64,000 nucleotides of DNA from the IMG/VR virus record IMGVR_UViG_2822699256_000006; one strand, written 5' to 3'. The stretch is from an uncultured virus (IMG/VR IMGVR_UViG_2822699256_000006) (taxonomy: Duplodnaviria; Heunggongvirae; Uroviricota; Caudoviricetes). Shown in pieces: positions 8,079-17,012 of the stretch. Every line of letters starts with the position of its first letter. Within the stretch, counting starts at the first letter, position 1. Under the pieces are notes generated by a model that saw only the letters and a program-made list of their open reading frames with translations, was not told where the DNA came from and ran no database searches. The position numbers and the translations under genes are program-made.

Positions 8079-8651
8079 TTAAGCTACACCTGTACTACCG
8101 AAACCGCTATTTTTTCTTTCTAGTTCTACTAGTTCATCTACCAGTTTCATAGTAGCTACATGGTTTGCTTTTCCTTTGAATAGAGTTCTAAATGCATCAA
8201 TAATTGTAGAAAGGAATCCTTTATTAGGCTTAGCAAGCGGTGATACAACTAATTGTGCAATACGATCTCCCGGTTCAATATAAAAGGGTTTATCACCAAA
8301 GTTAAATATGTTGGCTTGCACCTCTCCTGTATAACCTGTATCAATAGTTCCATAAGCAGCCATTACTCCATTTTTCTTAGTAAGACCACTACGAGGACGT
8401 AAATCTCCAGTATGATGCATTGGAATATTAATGCCGAAACCTAATGGAATACAAGCCCTTTTACCAGGTTCAATAACAATAGATTCTTTGATTCGAGCAC
8501 GACAATCAAATCCAGCATCACTTGGATATTTACGTTGTGGGACAAAGCTTTCATCTGTTGTTTCTATTAGCTTTACGAGAAGATTTCCCCTTAATTCTAG
8601 TTCTCGATTTACTTTTGCTTGGTAATCTAAGTATGGTTGTGTTAACTCCAT
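8079..8651 (-). CDS. dut: Trimeric dUTPase
   Basis: AGFD, PRSGL, GTIDTGYTGE, GDRIAQL, R..GFGSTG motifs. Confidence 0.95.
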   Translation of the reverse strand: MELTQPYLDYQAKVNRELELRGNLLVKLIETTDESFVPQRKYPSDAGFDCRARIKESIVIEPGKRACIPLGFGINIPMHHTGDLRPRSGLTKKNGVMAAYGTIDTGYTGEVQANIFNFGDKPFYIEPGDRIAQLVVSPLAKPNKGFLSTIIDAFRTLFKGKANHVATMKLVDELVELERKNSGFGSTGVA

Positions 8652-8670
8652 AATTCCCTCCTATTTATAA

Positions 8671-8684
8671 TGTAATGCATTACA
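8671..8684. promoter_or_regulatory. Palindromic operator-like site TGTAATGCATTACA
   Basis: Perfect palindrome between extended -10 (TGATATAAT, minus) and the dut RBS. Confidence 0.7.
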
Positions 8685-8705
8685 TTTATTATATCATATA
8701 TTTTT

Positions 8706-9164
8706 TTATTCTAGTGGAATAGAATCCGTATTAAATATCATTTGAACGGATAACAGGTCATTAAAATAATTATCACAGCTAGAATGTGAGAATAGTTGTG
8801 TACTTTTTACACAACTAGCAATAAAGTTAGCGTGCCACCTATTGTCTTGATTTTGATGGTATAGTTGTACAAAAACACCATCACTGTTATCAATAATCAT
8901 ATTATGTAAATAAGGTTCAATTAACAATGTTAATGTAATAACACTAGTTGATAATCCTCTTATTGGTGGCAGTCTGTAGCCATATGACTGAAAATCTGGA
9001 CGAGGTTCAAATTTCCTCTCCACTTGGGCAGAACTACAGGCAACCACGTATTTTAAACCATCAATTGTGAATACTGCTGCAACCTTAGAGGAGATAAGGC
9101 AGCTTTCTATTTGTTTATCTATATCAAAAGTGTGCAAATCAATATACTTTTCAACAAGATTCAA
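8706..9164 (-). CDS. Hypothetical beta-rich protein, MNLVEKY N-terminus
   Basis: RBS AAGGAG..GGGG, TTG start; strand pattern reminiscent of tail-tube fold (unverified). Confidence 0.7.
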   Translation of the reverse strand: MNLVEKYIDLHTFDIDKQIESCLISSKVAAVFTIDGLKYVVACSSAQVERKFEPRPDFQSYGYRLPPIRGLSTSVITLTLLIEPYLHNMIIDNSDGVFVQLYHQNQDNRWHANFIASCVKSTQLFSHSSCDNYFNDLLSVQMIFNTDSIPLE

Positions 9165-9182
9165 CTTCCCCTATCTCCTTTT

Positions 9183-9527
9183 TTAAATTATTTTGGATCC
9201 TATTCCAATCAGGTACGTGAAATTTTCGTGTTCAGAAATGGAAATATTGGTTATTTTTAGTCCTTTTATCTCTTTTAGACCGTTTTCTTCTACAATGGTT
9301 GGTACTGCCTTTGCGATATCTTTAACATCAGCAAGGAAAAGAGCATTCTTAAAATATGTTTTCTCTAATTTAATACTAAGTGCGTAGCATCCCATATAAG
9401 CAGGATGCGGTTTTAATGAGACACCCTGCTGTGTTAGTTCGAATGTTTTTCCTTTTTTATCACGAATCCATAGTTTATATGTGCAATTGTTTTTTAAGTA
9501 GCACGTTACTAATTCTTTTCCTTCCAT
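9183..9527 (-). CDS. Hypothetical protein, KELVTCY near N-terminus
   Basis: RBS GAGGTG before ATG at 9527. Confidence 0.7.
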   Translation of the reverse strand: MEGKELVTCYLKNNCTYKLWIRDKKGKTFELTQQGVSLKPHPAYMGCYALSIKLEKTYFKNALFLADVKDIAKAVPTIVEENGLKEIKGLKITNISISEHENFTYLIGIGSKII

Positions 9528-9547
9528 ATCTATACACCTCATGATTA

Positions 9548-9664
9548 TTAGTAAGGGCGATCTTCATACTTATACTTCCACCAGTGCTTAAAATCTCTTA
9601 TGAAAGTCTTTCGCTTCAGTGATCGAACAGTAACATGAAATAGATGTTTTATATACGACTTCAT
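9548..9664 (-). CDS. 38-aa basic peptide (not in ORF track)
   Basis: RBS AAGGGG; MKSYIKHLFHVTVRSLKRKTFIRDFKHWWKYKYEDRPY*; fills the gap after dnaE. Confidence 0.5.
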   Translation of the reverse strand: MKSYIKHLFHVTVRSLKRKTFIRDFKHWWKYKYEDRPY

Positions 9665-9676
9665 ATAATCCCCTTT

Positions 9677-12600
9677 TTATGCTGGCATTTCAACTTCATA
9701 CATATCAACAAGTAATTTGAAAGAATTAGCTGTAAGTTTATCTCGGCTTTTCTCCCCTTTGATTGTTACTTTATTACCTAATCTTAGTGTTTGTTGATGC
9801 TTCTCCATCAGATAGCCCCATACTGTAACCATGATTACTTCTTCTTGAGTTTCTAATGAAAGTGTATAGTGTGTTTTTCCAGTACGAGCTTTCCAACTTT
9901 CTGCTGAACGAATAACTCCGGTAAATTGAGCACTCTTACCTTCCTCTAACTTTTCCCATTTAGATTTGATTGTAATGCTCACACCAAAACATTCTTTTTC
10001 AAAATCAACAATGTCACCTTTATTGGTTGTTTTAGGAATATGTTCATACTCTTCATTGCGGGATTGCATGTAGTTTCTTAGTAAGAGATTTCGATTTTTA
10101 CTTAGGTTATCAAAAGAACCAGACTTTATCAGTGCAGTAACCTTAGTCTTATTTACCTTTGATCCATCAACTCTTAATAGCATATCTTCAACAGATTTAT
10201 AAGGACGGTTATGAATAATTTCATCTACAGTTTCACCACTTACACCTGCTATACTAGATAACCCGTAACGTATTTCTTTTGATTCATTAATGGTTTCTGT
10301 TGTAAAGTCAGCAAATGAATTAGCCAAGAATATATCTTTTGCTTTGGTTTTGATAGGTGTCCATCCTGCCATTGATTCATTAATATCTGGAGGTAGAATT
10401 GTAATACCCATCTCTTCACACTCTTTCATATAATGAATGTTTTTAGGCTTATTATTCTTATCTTTCTTTCCTTCTGAGAAGGTTAACAGTGCTGCCATAA
10501 ATTCAACAGGATAGTAGCATTTTAACCATGCTGTAACGACAGATAACATTGCGTATGCAGCTGAATGTGCTTTATTAAAGCAATAGTTACCAAACTTTAT
10601 CCAATCAATTTTTATCTGAAGTAGAGTTTGTTCATCAAACCCACGATTAATTGCTCCTTCTACATCTGGTTGTTTCGCATAATCATAATCAACCCAAAGG
10701 GTAGGCTTTCCTTCATCATTTAATGGAACTGTAGAATTACCTTCAGCATCTTTTGGATACTGTAAAACAAGTTCTGCATGTCTTTTCTTGTATTCTTCAC
10801 TTCCGTAAATCATTAAATCTATCCATCTATTCATTAAGTCATGTTTTTTCTTTGATACCCCTTTTCGAATCATATCACTTTGTCCTAAAGTCAATCCACC
10901 TAGTATCCTTGAAGCTTGCATTATCTGTTCTTGATAAACCCAAACACCATAGGTTTCTTTTAATACTGGCTCTAAAGCATTAAATGGATATTTTACTTCT
11001 TCTCTACCCCACTTACGAGCAACGTATGTAGGAATTAGGTCCAATGGACCAGGACGTCCAAGTGCAACAATTACCGAAATATCTTCAAATGAGTTGGGTT
11101 TCATTTCAGAAATAATCTTTTTAAATAAATCAGATTCACATTGAAAAATTCCTGATAAATTTAAAGCATTATATACTCGCTCAAATACAAGAGGATCATT
11201 AATATCAATATCTCTATAGATATTCATTTTCCCCCATAAACCCGCAAACTCTAAAGTTTTCTTTACTACATCAAGTGTCTCTACTTTAAGTACATCAAAT
11301 TTCACAAGGAGCTTCTCAATCCAAACCATATCATATTGAGTGGTTTCAATTCCTTCACTATCAGTGCGAAGTGGTGTAACTTTTGTAAGTGGCTCAGGAG
11401 AAAGAACAATCCCTCCGGCATGAACACCTACCTGTGAAATATGGCCTTCTAAAGCAAGCATTGCTTCCCACCACTTAGGATACATTTGAGCATATTGCTG
11501 TACCATTGATTCTTCAGCATACGCTTCTTTTAATGTAATACCTGGTCGTGATGGAATCGCTTTTGCAAAAGCATCTTTAGTTGCTGCATCGAATCCAAGT
11601 GTTTTCCCTGTACGACGACATACAGCTCTAGCGGCTAATGTACCTTTTGTCCCGATTTGTGCAACCTTATCAGTTCCATATTTTTGTTTCATATGATTTA
11701 ATACAAATCGAGTTCCTTCATAACTGTAATCTACATCAAGGTCAGGATATCCAGCACGTTCAGGATTTAAGAAACGTTCAAATAATAAATCATATTTAAT
11801 AGGATCTAACCAAGTGATTTTTAAGCATCGACATACAAGTGAGCCTGCTCCAGAACCACGCCCTGGCCCTACTAGAAAACCTGCCTTTACAGTGGCATCA
11901 ATCATATCTTCTTCTATTAAGAAGTAATCTTGAAATCCTTCAGAACAGATAACATCTAATTCATATTGCAGTCTCTTGGAGTATTCATTTACATCAATGC
12001 CATCTGTTAAAGCCATTTCAAACAAGCCATCCCAAGCTTTTTTTCTTAATAACTCTTCAACTGTCTCTGAGCCATCTACAATAAATTTAGGGAATAATGG
12101 TTCTTTAGGCAAAGTAACATTTACCTTGTCGGCAATTCGCATGGTATTTTCCCATGCTTCAATATCATTACATTTTGCTAACATCTCTTCTTCTGTTTTC
12201 ATCCAGAATTCATGAGCGTATATAAGTCTACTCTCATCATCAATGCATTTTCCGATAGAGGAAGTTACCAAAACATCATGTATTTCATTATCTTCTTTAT
12301 TTGCGTAATGCACATCTGTTGTTAATATCTTAGGTGTATTTGTTTCTGCTGCAAGTTGATCTATTATAGCATTAACGTAAAGTTGTTTAGGAATTTCAGT
12401 AGCTTGCTTTTCCAAATAAAATTCATGAAACGTGTCTTTACATTCTTGAATGTGTTCTTTTGCTTCTTCAATGCGTCCCGCCAACACCAATTGGCTAAAA
12501 TAACTACCAAGACAAGCAGAAGTAGCAATAATGTTATTACCAAGACCCCTATCACGGATATAAGCCAAATCAGTCCGAGGATCAGAATAGAAACCATTGA

Positions 12601-13225
12601 TATGAGCATCCGATACAATTTCATATAAGTCTTCCAGTCCTTTGTTATTGATTGCTAGAAGAACCATATGAAAGTTCCCGTGATCTATGTAGTCGATAAT
12701 ATCTTTTCTAAATGCTTCAATCTTCTCTTTAGGTGTTTCTGGTAACTCAGGAGCTGACTCTTCTTCAAGGTCAACTGCATATACTGAAAACAAATCTAAT
12801 GTTTGTTCAGGTTCTTGTCCCATAGACATTAGATAGTCTTTTAAGATTGTATGAACATCTTCATCAAAAGCATTTTTATCTTTATCTACTTTACGAATAA
12901 AATCACGGAGAACCTTCAACTTTGGCTTTCCTTTTTTATCAGTCAGCATGTATTTCTTACATAGTTCAATACGTTTTGCTGCCATCTCTTCTTTTCTTAT
13001 TAAACGATTTTTTGTAGTGTATACTTCGCATCCTGGAATTGGTTTAATTCCATTCGCCAAACATTCTGCAATGAAATCCGGTATCGCACCACATACACCA
13101 TGATCAGTAATACCAAGGGCGGTTGTTCCAATCGATTTAGCTTTGGCTACTAATTGTTTTACCTTAGCTAGTCCATCTAATATGCTTTCTTCACTGTGAA
13201 CATGTAAATGACATCCTCTGCACAT
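9677..13225 (-). CDS. dnaE: DNA polymerase III alpha subunit (C-family)
   Basis: PHP HLHVHS, TDHG; GPGRGSGAGS; FERFLNPER; PDLDVD; HAGG; KFDVL; CFNKAHS; C-term OB fold; start moved to ATG 13225. Confidence 0.95.
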   Translation of the reverse strand: MCRGCHLHVHSEESILDGLAKVKQLVAKAKSIGTTALGITDHGVCGAIPDFIAECLANGIKPIPGCEVYTTKNRLIRKEEMAAKRIELCKKYMLTDKKGKPKLKVLRDFIRKVDKDKNAFDEDVHTILKDYLMSMGQEPEQTLDLFSVYAVDLEEESAPELPETPKEKIEAFRKDIIDYIDHGNFHMVLLAINNKGLEDLYEIVSDAHINGFYSDPRTDLAYIRDRGLGNNIIATSACLGSYFSQLVLAGRIEEAKEHIQECKDTFHEFYLEKQATEIPKQLYVNAIIDQLAAETNTPKILTTDVHYANKEDNEIHDVLVTSSIGKCIDDESRLIYAHEFWMKTEEEMLAKCNDIEAWENTMRIADKVNVTLPKEPLFPKFIVDGSETVEELLRKKAWDGLFEMALTDGIDVNEYSKRLQYELDVICSEGFQDYFLIEEDMIDATVKAGFLVGPGRGSGAGSLVCRCLKITWLDPIKYDLLFERFLNPERAGYPDLDVDYSYEGTRFVLNHMKQKYGTDKVAQIGTKGTLAARAVCRRTGKTLGFDAATKDAFAKAIPSRPGITLKEAYAEESMVQQYAQMYPKWWEAMLALEGHISQVGVHAGGIVLSPEPLTKVTPLRTDSEGIETTQYDMVWIEKLLVKFDVLKVETLDVVKKTLEFAGLWGKMNIYRDIDINDPLVFERVYNALNLSGIFQCESDLFKKIISEMKPNSFEDISVIVALGRPGPLDLIPTYVARKWGREEVKYPFNALEPVLKETYGVWVYQEQIMQASRILGGLTLGQSDMIRKGVSKKKHDLMNRWIDLMIYGSEEYKKRHAELVLQYPKDAEGNSTVPLNDEGKPTLWVDYDYAKQPDVEGAINRGFDEQTLLQIKIDWIKFGNYCFNKAHSAAYAMLSVVTAWLKCYYPVEFMAALLTFSEGKKDKNNKPKNIHYMKECEEMGITILPPDINESMAGWTPIKTKAKDIFLANSFADFTTETINESKEIRYGLSSIAGVSGETVDEIIHNRPYKSVEDMLLRVDGSKVNKTKVTALIKSGSFDNLSKNRNLLLRNYMQSRNEEYEHIPKTTNKGDIVDFEKECFGVSITIKSKWEKLEEGKSAQFTGVIRSAESWKARTGKTHYTLSLETQEEVIMVTVWGYLMEKHQQTLRLGNKVTIKGEKSRDKLTANSFKLLVDMYEVEMPA

Positions 13226-13247
13226 TCTCTTTCTCCTTCGCACTTAA

Positions 13248-13595
13248 TTACTCATTTATTGTTTCACTTACTTCTTCATTAGCTATTAAAATAGCTTTAT
13301 CTGATGCTTTTTCAGCATTTCGTTTTAATTGCTTTGCTTCTGATTCACGAATACGATTCATAATTGTTGAGGTTAAAACAGCAGAAGCTGTGAAAATCAA
13401 ACCTGTATCAGACGATTGTGTGATAATACTTCTCGTTTTCTTGCCTTGTGTTAAATCAAGAAAACGACCAGATTCTTTTGCTTGTTGTAATGCACGTTTA
13501 ATTGGTGAAGAATCTGGTCGATTTACCGTTAAAATTTTACCTGCATCTACATAATTTGAAAATCCGATATCTACGAAATGAATATTGTTGTTCAT
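13248..13595 (-). CDS. remA: RemA/DUF370-like extracellular matrix regulator
   Basis: FVDIGFSNYV...PDSSPIKR...AKESGRFLDLTQGKKTRSII, closely follows the RemA pattern. Confidence 0.8.
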   Translation of the reverse strand: MNNNIHFVDIGFSNYVDAGKILTVNRPDSSPIKRALQQAKESGRFLDLTQGKKTRSIITQSSDTGLIFTASAVLTSTIMNRIRESEAKQLKRNAEKASDKAILIANEEVSETINE

Positions 13596-13616
13596 AAATA
13601 ATTTCCCATCCTTTGA

Positions 13617-14531
13617 CTAAACTGAAATGTTTTTAATATACTTATCTATCAATTCCTGAGGTTCTTCAGTTGGAGGTAAATAATTGTTACGCTCTGTTTC
13701 TGTAGCGAGTTCACCATTTGTATCTCCCTCAATTACATTAGGAATTGCTTGGTTGTTTTGAATTGCATGTATAACTCTAAAAGAATCATAGTATGCTTTA
13801 CTGCCAAAGTTAAACGGGATCGGATATCTTTGTTTGCCATCTCTTTTTTTACTGTCTGCATGGCAATAAAAATTAAAATCACATTGTGAGCACTTATAAT
13901 AACTTGGTGTGTGTTTTGGTGGAATTGGAGGAGCTTTTCTTTCTTTTGCTAAAGAAATGCACCACTTTGCCTTTTCTTCTAACTGAGCACCTAATCTTTC
14001 GTCATATGAAAGCTGGTATTCCCATATTTCTTGAGTATCTTTATTTTCTACAAAAATAATACCTTTATCAATTAATAGACCTTGTTTCCTTACCAAGTGC
14101 AAATAGAATGTAAGTTGATCTTTATGCTCTTTTTTAGGCAAATTATTTTTCGCCATCCACTCAAAGCTTTTACTAAATGCACTTTTTAGTTCTACTAGAT
14201 AATCTTGACCCTGTGGGTTTTCAAAGCTATGGATTCGAATCCATGCATCTGTATGGCCACTAATATCATCTGCTTCAATTTTCATTTCATTTTGCACCAG
14301 AATCCCCATATCTTGAAATAGATTTTCATATCTTTCATGAAGAGAATGACCATTCTCAAAAATCCTCATTAGCTGGTCATCTGGCATGCTTTTTGGAAGC
14401 ATCAACATATCAAAGACTATTTTTCTCTGACACATTCCAATTGTTGAAGGATGTAGCTTTCTCATTGGTCTTGTGCCATTTTTATGTTGTTCTCTGTAAT
14501 GTTGATTAATTAAAGGTCCTAATACTGTCAA
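13617..14531 (-). CDS. Cas4-like PD-(D/E)XK exonuclease with Fe-S cysteines
   Basis: HPSTIGMCQRK, G..LH, SGHTD, VELKS, QLTFY, CSQCDFNFYC. Confidence 0.85.
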   Translation of the reverse strand: MTVLGPLINQHYREQHKNGTRPMRKLHPSTIGMCQRKIVFDMLMLPKSMPDDQLMRIFENGHSLHERYENLFQDMGILVQNEMKIEADDISGHTDAWIRIHSFENPQGQDYLVELKSAFSKSFEWMAKNNLPKKEHKDQLTFYLHLVRKQGLLIDKGIIFVENKDTQEIWEYQLSYDERLGAQLEEKAKWCISLAKERKAPPIPPKHTPSYYKCSQCDFNFYCHADSKKRDGKQRYPIPFNFGSKAYYDSFRVIHAIQNNQAIPNVIEGDTNGELATETERNNYLPPTEEPQELIDKYIKNISV

Positions 14532-14551
14532 TTACACTCAATCCCTTTGTA

Positions 14552-14565
14552 TGTAATGCATTTCA
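14552..14565. promoter_or_regulatory. Operator-like site TGTAATGCATTTCA at promoter +1
   Basis: 6 nt downstream of a minus-strand TTGTTT-17-TATAAT promoter. Confidence 0.7.
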
Positions 14566-14618
14566 TTATTAATTATACAATAAGAATAGCAAGCAAACAA
14601 CAGGAAACAGAAGGAATA

Positions 14619-14864
14619 TTAAGAAATTTCAAGCTTTTCTTTGATTTCTTTCAGATTCTCCTCATTGCATGCTGCGATTGAATCAAACCATTTATGTGGT
14701 ATAAAAAGATTACCTATTCGTATAAGCTCATCTTGGAAGTCCACATCCCCTAATTTAACGCCCTCTGTGTAGATTCCATAGTGTTTTTCTTTATTTGAGC
14801 ATACAAGAGCTACTAGAGGCGTTTCTAATACTTCTAATGGATTCTGTTTGGCATTCTTAGACAT
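14619..14864 (-). CDS. Hypothetical protein
   Basis: RBS AAGGGG, overlaps upstream gene. Confidence 0.65.
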   Translation of the reverse strand: MSKNAKQNPLEVLETPLVALVCSNKEKHYGIYTEGVKLGDVDFQDELIRIGNLFIPHKWFDSIAACNEENLKEIKEKLEIS

Positions 14865-15649
14865 TTCAATTCCCCTTTGTTTAACATGTTTTGTAATTGT
14901 AATTCAATTCTTTTTCTAATGCGATGGATAGATTTTGAATGATATGGAAGCATTCTTGCTATTTCTTTGTCTGTATATCCTTCATAGTAGTATTTTGCAA
15001 GGATGTAACGCTCATGACTCTTTAGTTCACTGAAAGGGAATTGAGATGAATCTCCATGAATCCACTTTGGATGACTAAGTTCTAAGCCTGTAGGCATTTC
15101 TATCTCTAATATACTAAGGTTTTTACTCTCTAGCTTATCTAATGCTTCCTCTAGTGTTTCTGCATCATCTTCATTTGTATGATTACTTTTATAGAGCATA
15201 TCACTATGATCTAATAAATCTTGGTTCATACCATCAATATATCTTTTCAGCATAAATTTATAAGATACATATATGTATTTCTTAAAGGAACTTCCTTGCT
15301 CCTTATAGTGGCGAGCGCATAATAAAAAAGGAATTAGCAATTCGGACTTTAGTTCATCCTTGGTATGATTGCGAAATATCCACTTCAAATAATTTAATGC
15401 TTTATAAGCTTGTTTAATGGATTCTTGCGAATGAAACTTACCTTTTTTTAGATTCTTTACAACACCTTTATTGTTGATAAAGCAAGATAAGAAACAACGG
15501 ATATCATAATTCCTAAAATTAATTGCATCTTTTGTTAGTAGGGTGTAATACTTGTTTAGAAAATTTTCATATTCTTTTACGAGTGGTTCAGATATACCTG
15601 TCTGCTGGTATAACAAGACTTGTGTATCCTTTGATGTAATTGTACTCAT
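14834..15649 (-). CDS. Sigma-70-like / region-4 HTH transcription factor
   Basis: SFKKYIY region-2-like; LKSHERYILAKYYYEGYTDKEIARML...SIHRIRKR region 4. Confidence 0.65.
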   Translation of the reverse strand: MSTITSKDTQVLLYQQTGISEPLVKEYENFLNKYYTLLTKDAINFRNYDIRCFLSCFINNKGVVKNLKKGKFHSQESIKQAYKALNYLKWIFRNHTKDELKSELLIPFLLCARHYKEQGSSFKKYIYVSYKFMLKRYIDGMNQDLLDHSDMLYKSNHTNEDDAETLEEALDKLESKNLSILEIEMPTGLELSHPKWIHGDSSQFPFSELKSHERYILAKYYYEGYTDKEIARMLPYHSKSIHRIRKRIELQLQNMLNKGELKCLRMPNRIH

Positions 15650-15655
15650 TCGTTG

Positions 15656-16207
15656 TTACTCCTTATCAGCTAATCGCTCCATTAATACAATATTTTCTTC
15701 TTCTTTTGTGTAAATATCTATTTTAAAGTAAGGCTTTTCATCATCCTTTACACGGTGAAAATCCATAACTCTTGGTAATGCAAACTCATCATCTTTATAA
15801 ATAAGACCAGTAAATGCATCCATCATCATCTTAAAGGCGTTATGTGTATCACGTGTTTTCTTATCATTAGGGAAGTAAGCTGTAAGCTCTACAATTACCT
15901 TCTGCTTATCAGTTGTTTGCCACCCTGTTTCTTGCATCCACATTTGGACGAACGCTTGCCATTTATCAAATAACTGAAAAGCAGGGTCGCTGTATCTTTG
16001 TCTACCTTTTGCCATTCTGACATAGATTTCATTTACACTGGGATAAACGCCTGAATCCCCATTCGCTTCACTATGTACTACTTTTACTTTCTTCATTTGG
16101 TTCTTGCCATTTGCAAGTTTAATTGTCTTTCCGTTTTCATCTCTTTTGGCTCGTTTTCTTGTAAATGTGCCGAACATCATCATTGGTAGAATTAGTGACT
16201 GTCTCAT
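15656..16207 (-). CDS. RusA-like Holliday junction resolvase
   Basis: PSVNEIY, RDTHNAFKMMMDAFTG..YKDD. Confidence 0.75.
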   Translation of the reverse strand: MRQSLILPMMMFGTFTRKRAKRDENGKTIKLANGKNQMKKVKVVHSEANGDSGVYPSVNEIYVRMAKGRQRYSDPAFQLFDKWQAFVQMWMQETGWQTTDKQKVIVELTAYFPNDKKTRDTHNAFKMMMDAFTGLIYKDDEFALPRVMDFHRVKDDEKPYFKIDIYTKEEENIVLMERLADKE

Positions 16208-16208
16208 A

Positions 16209-16688
16209 TTAATAATTCACCTTCATATTCATCATTTGGATTGCAGTCAATGATAAAACCATCGCTTCTCCAAGGAATCCACCTTGTTTATCATAACGCT
16301 TTATGTAATTGAAATCCCTGCCATTGTAATGGTCTTTATCAATGCTGTATTCATTTTTGGCATACTTCAGAATAGTCGCCTGCAGCAATGCATCACGAGT
16401 AATGTTAATTTGATCCTTCATGCGAAGGTCATCCCACTCACTTTCTTCTTCTTCAATGAGTGTATTAATTACTTCACAATACTCTTCAAATGTTAATCTG
16501 CACTTACTAGATAATTGCTCTAGTTTGTCTGGCTCTAGAATTAAGTCAATTGTTTCTATGCCATTATCAGCCTTCTGATCTAAGATAACAATTTTATCAT
16601 TGTTTTCTAGCTCGGCTGCTTGGCTTTCCCTCATAAAATTTTTTCTAATCCCGATTCTTGGCTGAGTTGGATTGCTCATCTTCTTCAC
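16209..16688 (-). CDS. Hypothetical protein
   Basis: Operonic ORF with RBS AAGGAG. Confidence 0.7.
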   Translation of the reverse strand: MKKMSNPTQPRIGIRKNFMRESQAAELENNDKIVILDQKADNGIETIDLILEPDKLEQLSSKCRLTFEEYCEVINTLIEEEESEWDDLRMKDQINITRDALLQATILKYAKNEYSIDKDHYNGRDFNYIKRYDKQGGFLGEAMVLSLTAIQMMNMKVNY

Positions 16689-16756
16689 TCTCCTTAATTA
16701 CTGGTTTCTGTGCTAACTCTTTCATATCAATACCTTTATCAAGGTCTTCTATAATA

Positions 16757-16927
16757 TTAATCATTGGACTCATCGTTTTCATCTCCTATCATAATTTCAA
16801 TTGCTGTAGCTGTAACCGGGACTTTAAAAGTTTTGGCTAAAAATATAGCAAAATGCATATTAGTTTTCCCTGTGGCTCTTGCCCCTCTAGGGAAAGGATA
16901 GCTATAGTTTTCTTTTGTTTCCTTCAT
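16757..16927 (-). CDS. 56-aa ORF with Walker A-like GARATGKT (not in ORF track)
   Basis: RBS AAGGTG; first gene after promoter/operator; MKETKENYSYPFPRGARATGKTNMHFAIFLAK... Confidence 0.55.
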   Translation of the reverse strand: MKETKENYSYPFPRGARATGKTNMHFAIFLAKTFKVPVTATAIEIMIGDENDESND

Positions 16928-16943
16928 TTTTCTTCACCTTATT

Positions 16944-16957
16944 TGTAATGCCTTTCA
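16944..16957. promoter_or_regulatory. Operator-like site TGTAATGCCTTTCA
   Basis: 8 nt downstream of minus-strand extended -10 TGCTATAAT. Confidence 0.65.
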
Positions 16958-16983
16958 TACGCTTCATTATAGCATAAAAAAAT

Positions 16984-17012
16984 AAAAAAGACAGGCATAA
17001 AACCTGTCTTTT
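16984..17012 (-). terminator. Intrinsic terminator after subtilase
   Basis: AAAGACAGG/CCTGTCTTT stem with T-run. Confidence 0.75.

Noticed and set aside
8671..8684. Palindrome as CcpA cre site
   Set aside because: Flanks are similar (TGWAA...TTWCA) but the centre is GC rather than the invariant CG
13617..14531. Cas4-like gene as part of a CRISPR-Cas system
   Set aside because: Solo gene in replication context, common in phages; no array or other cas genes in the window
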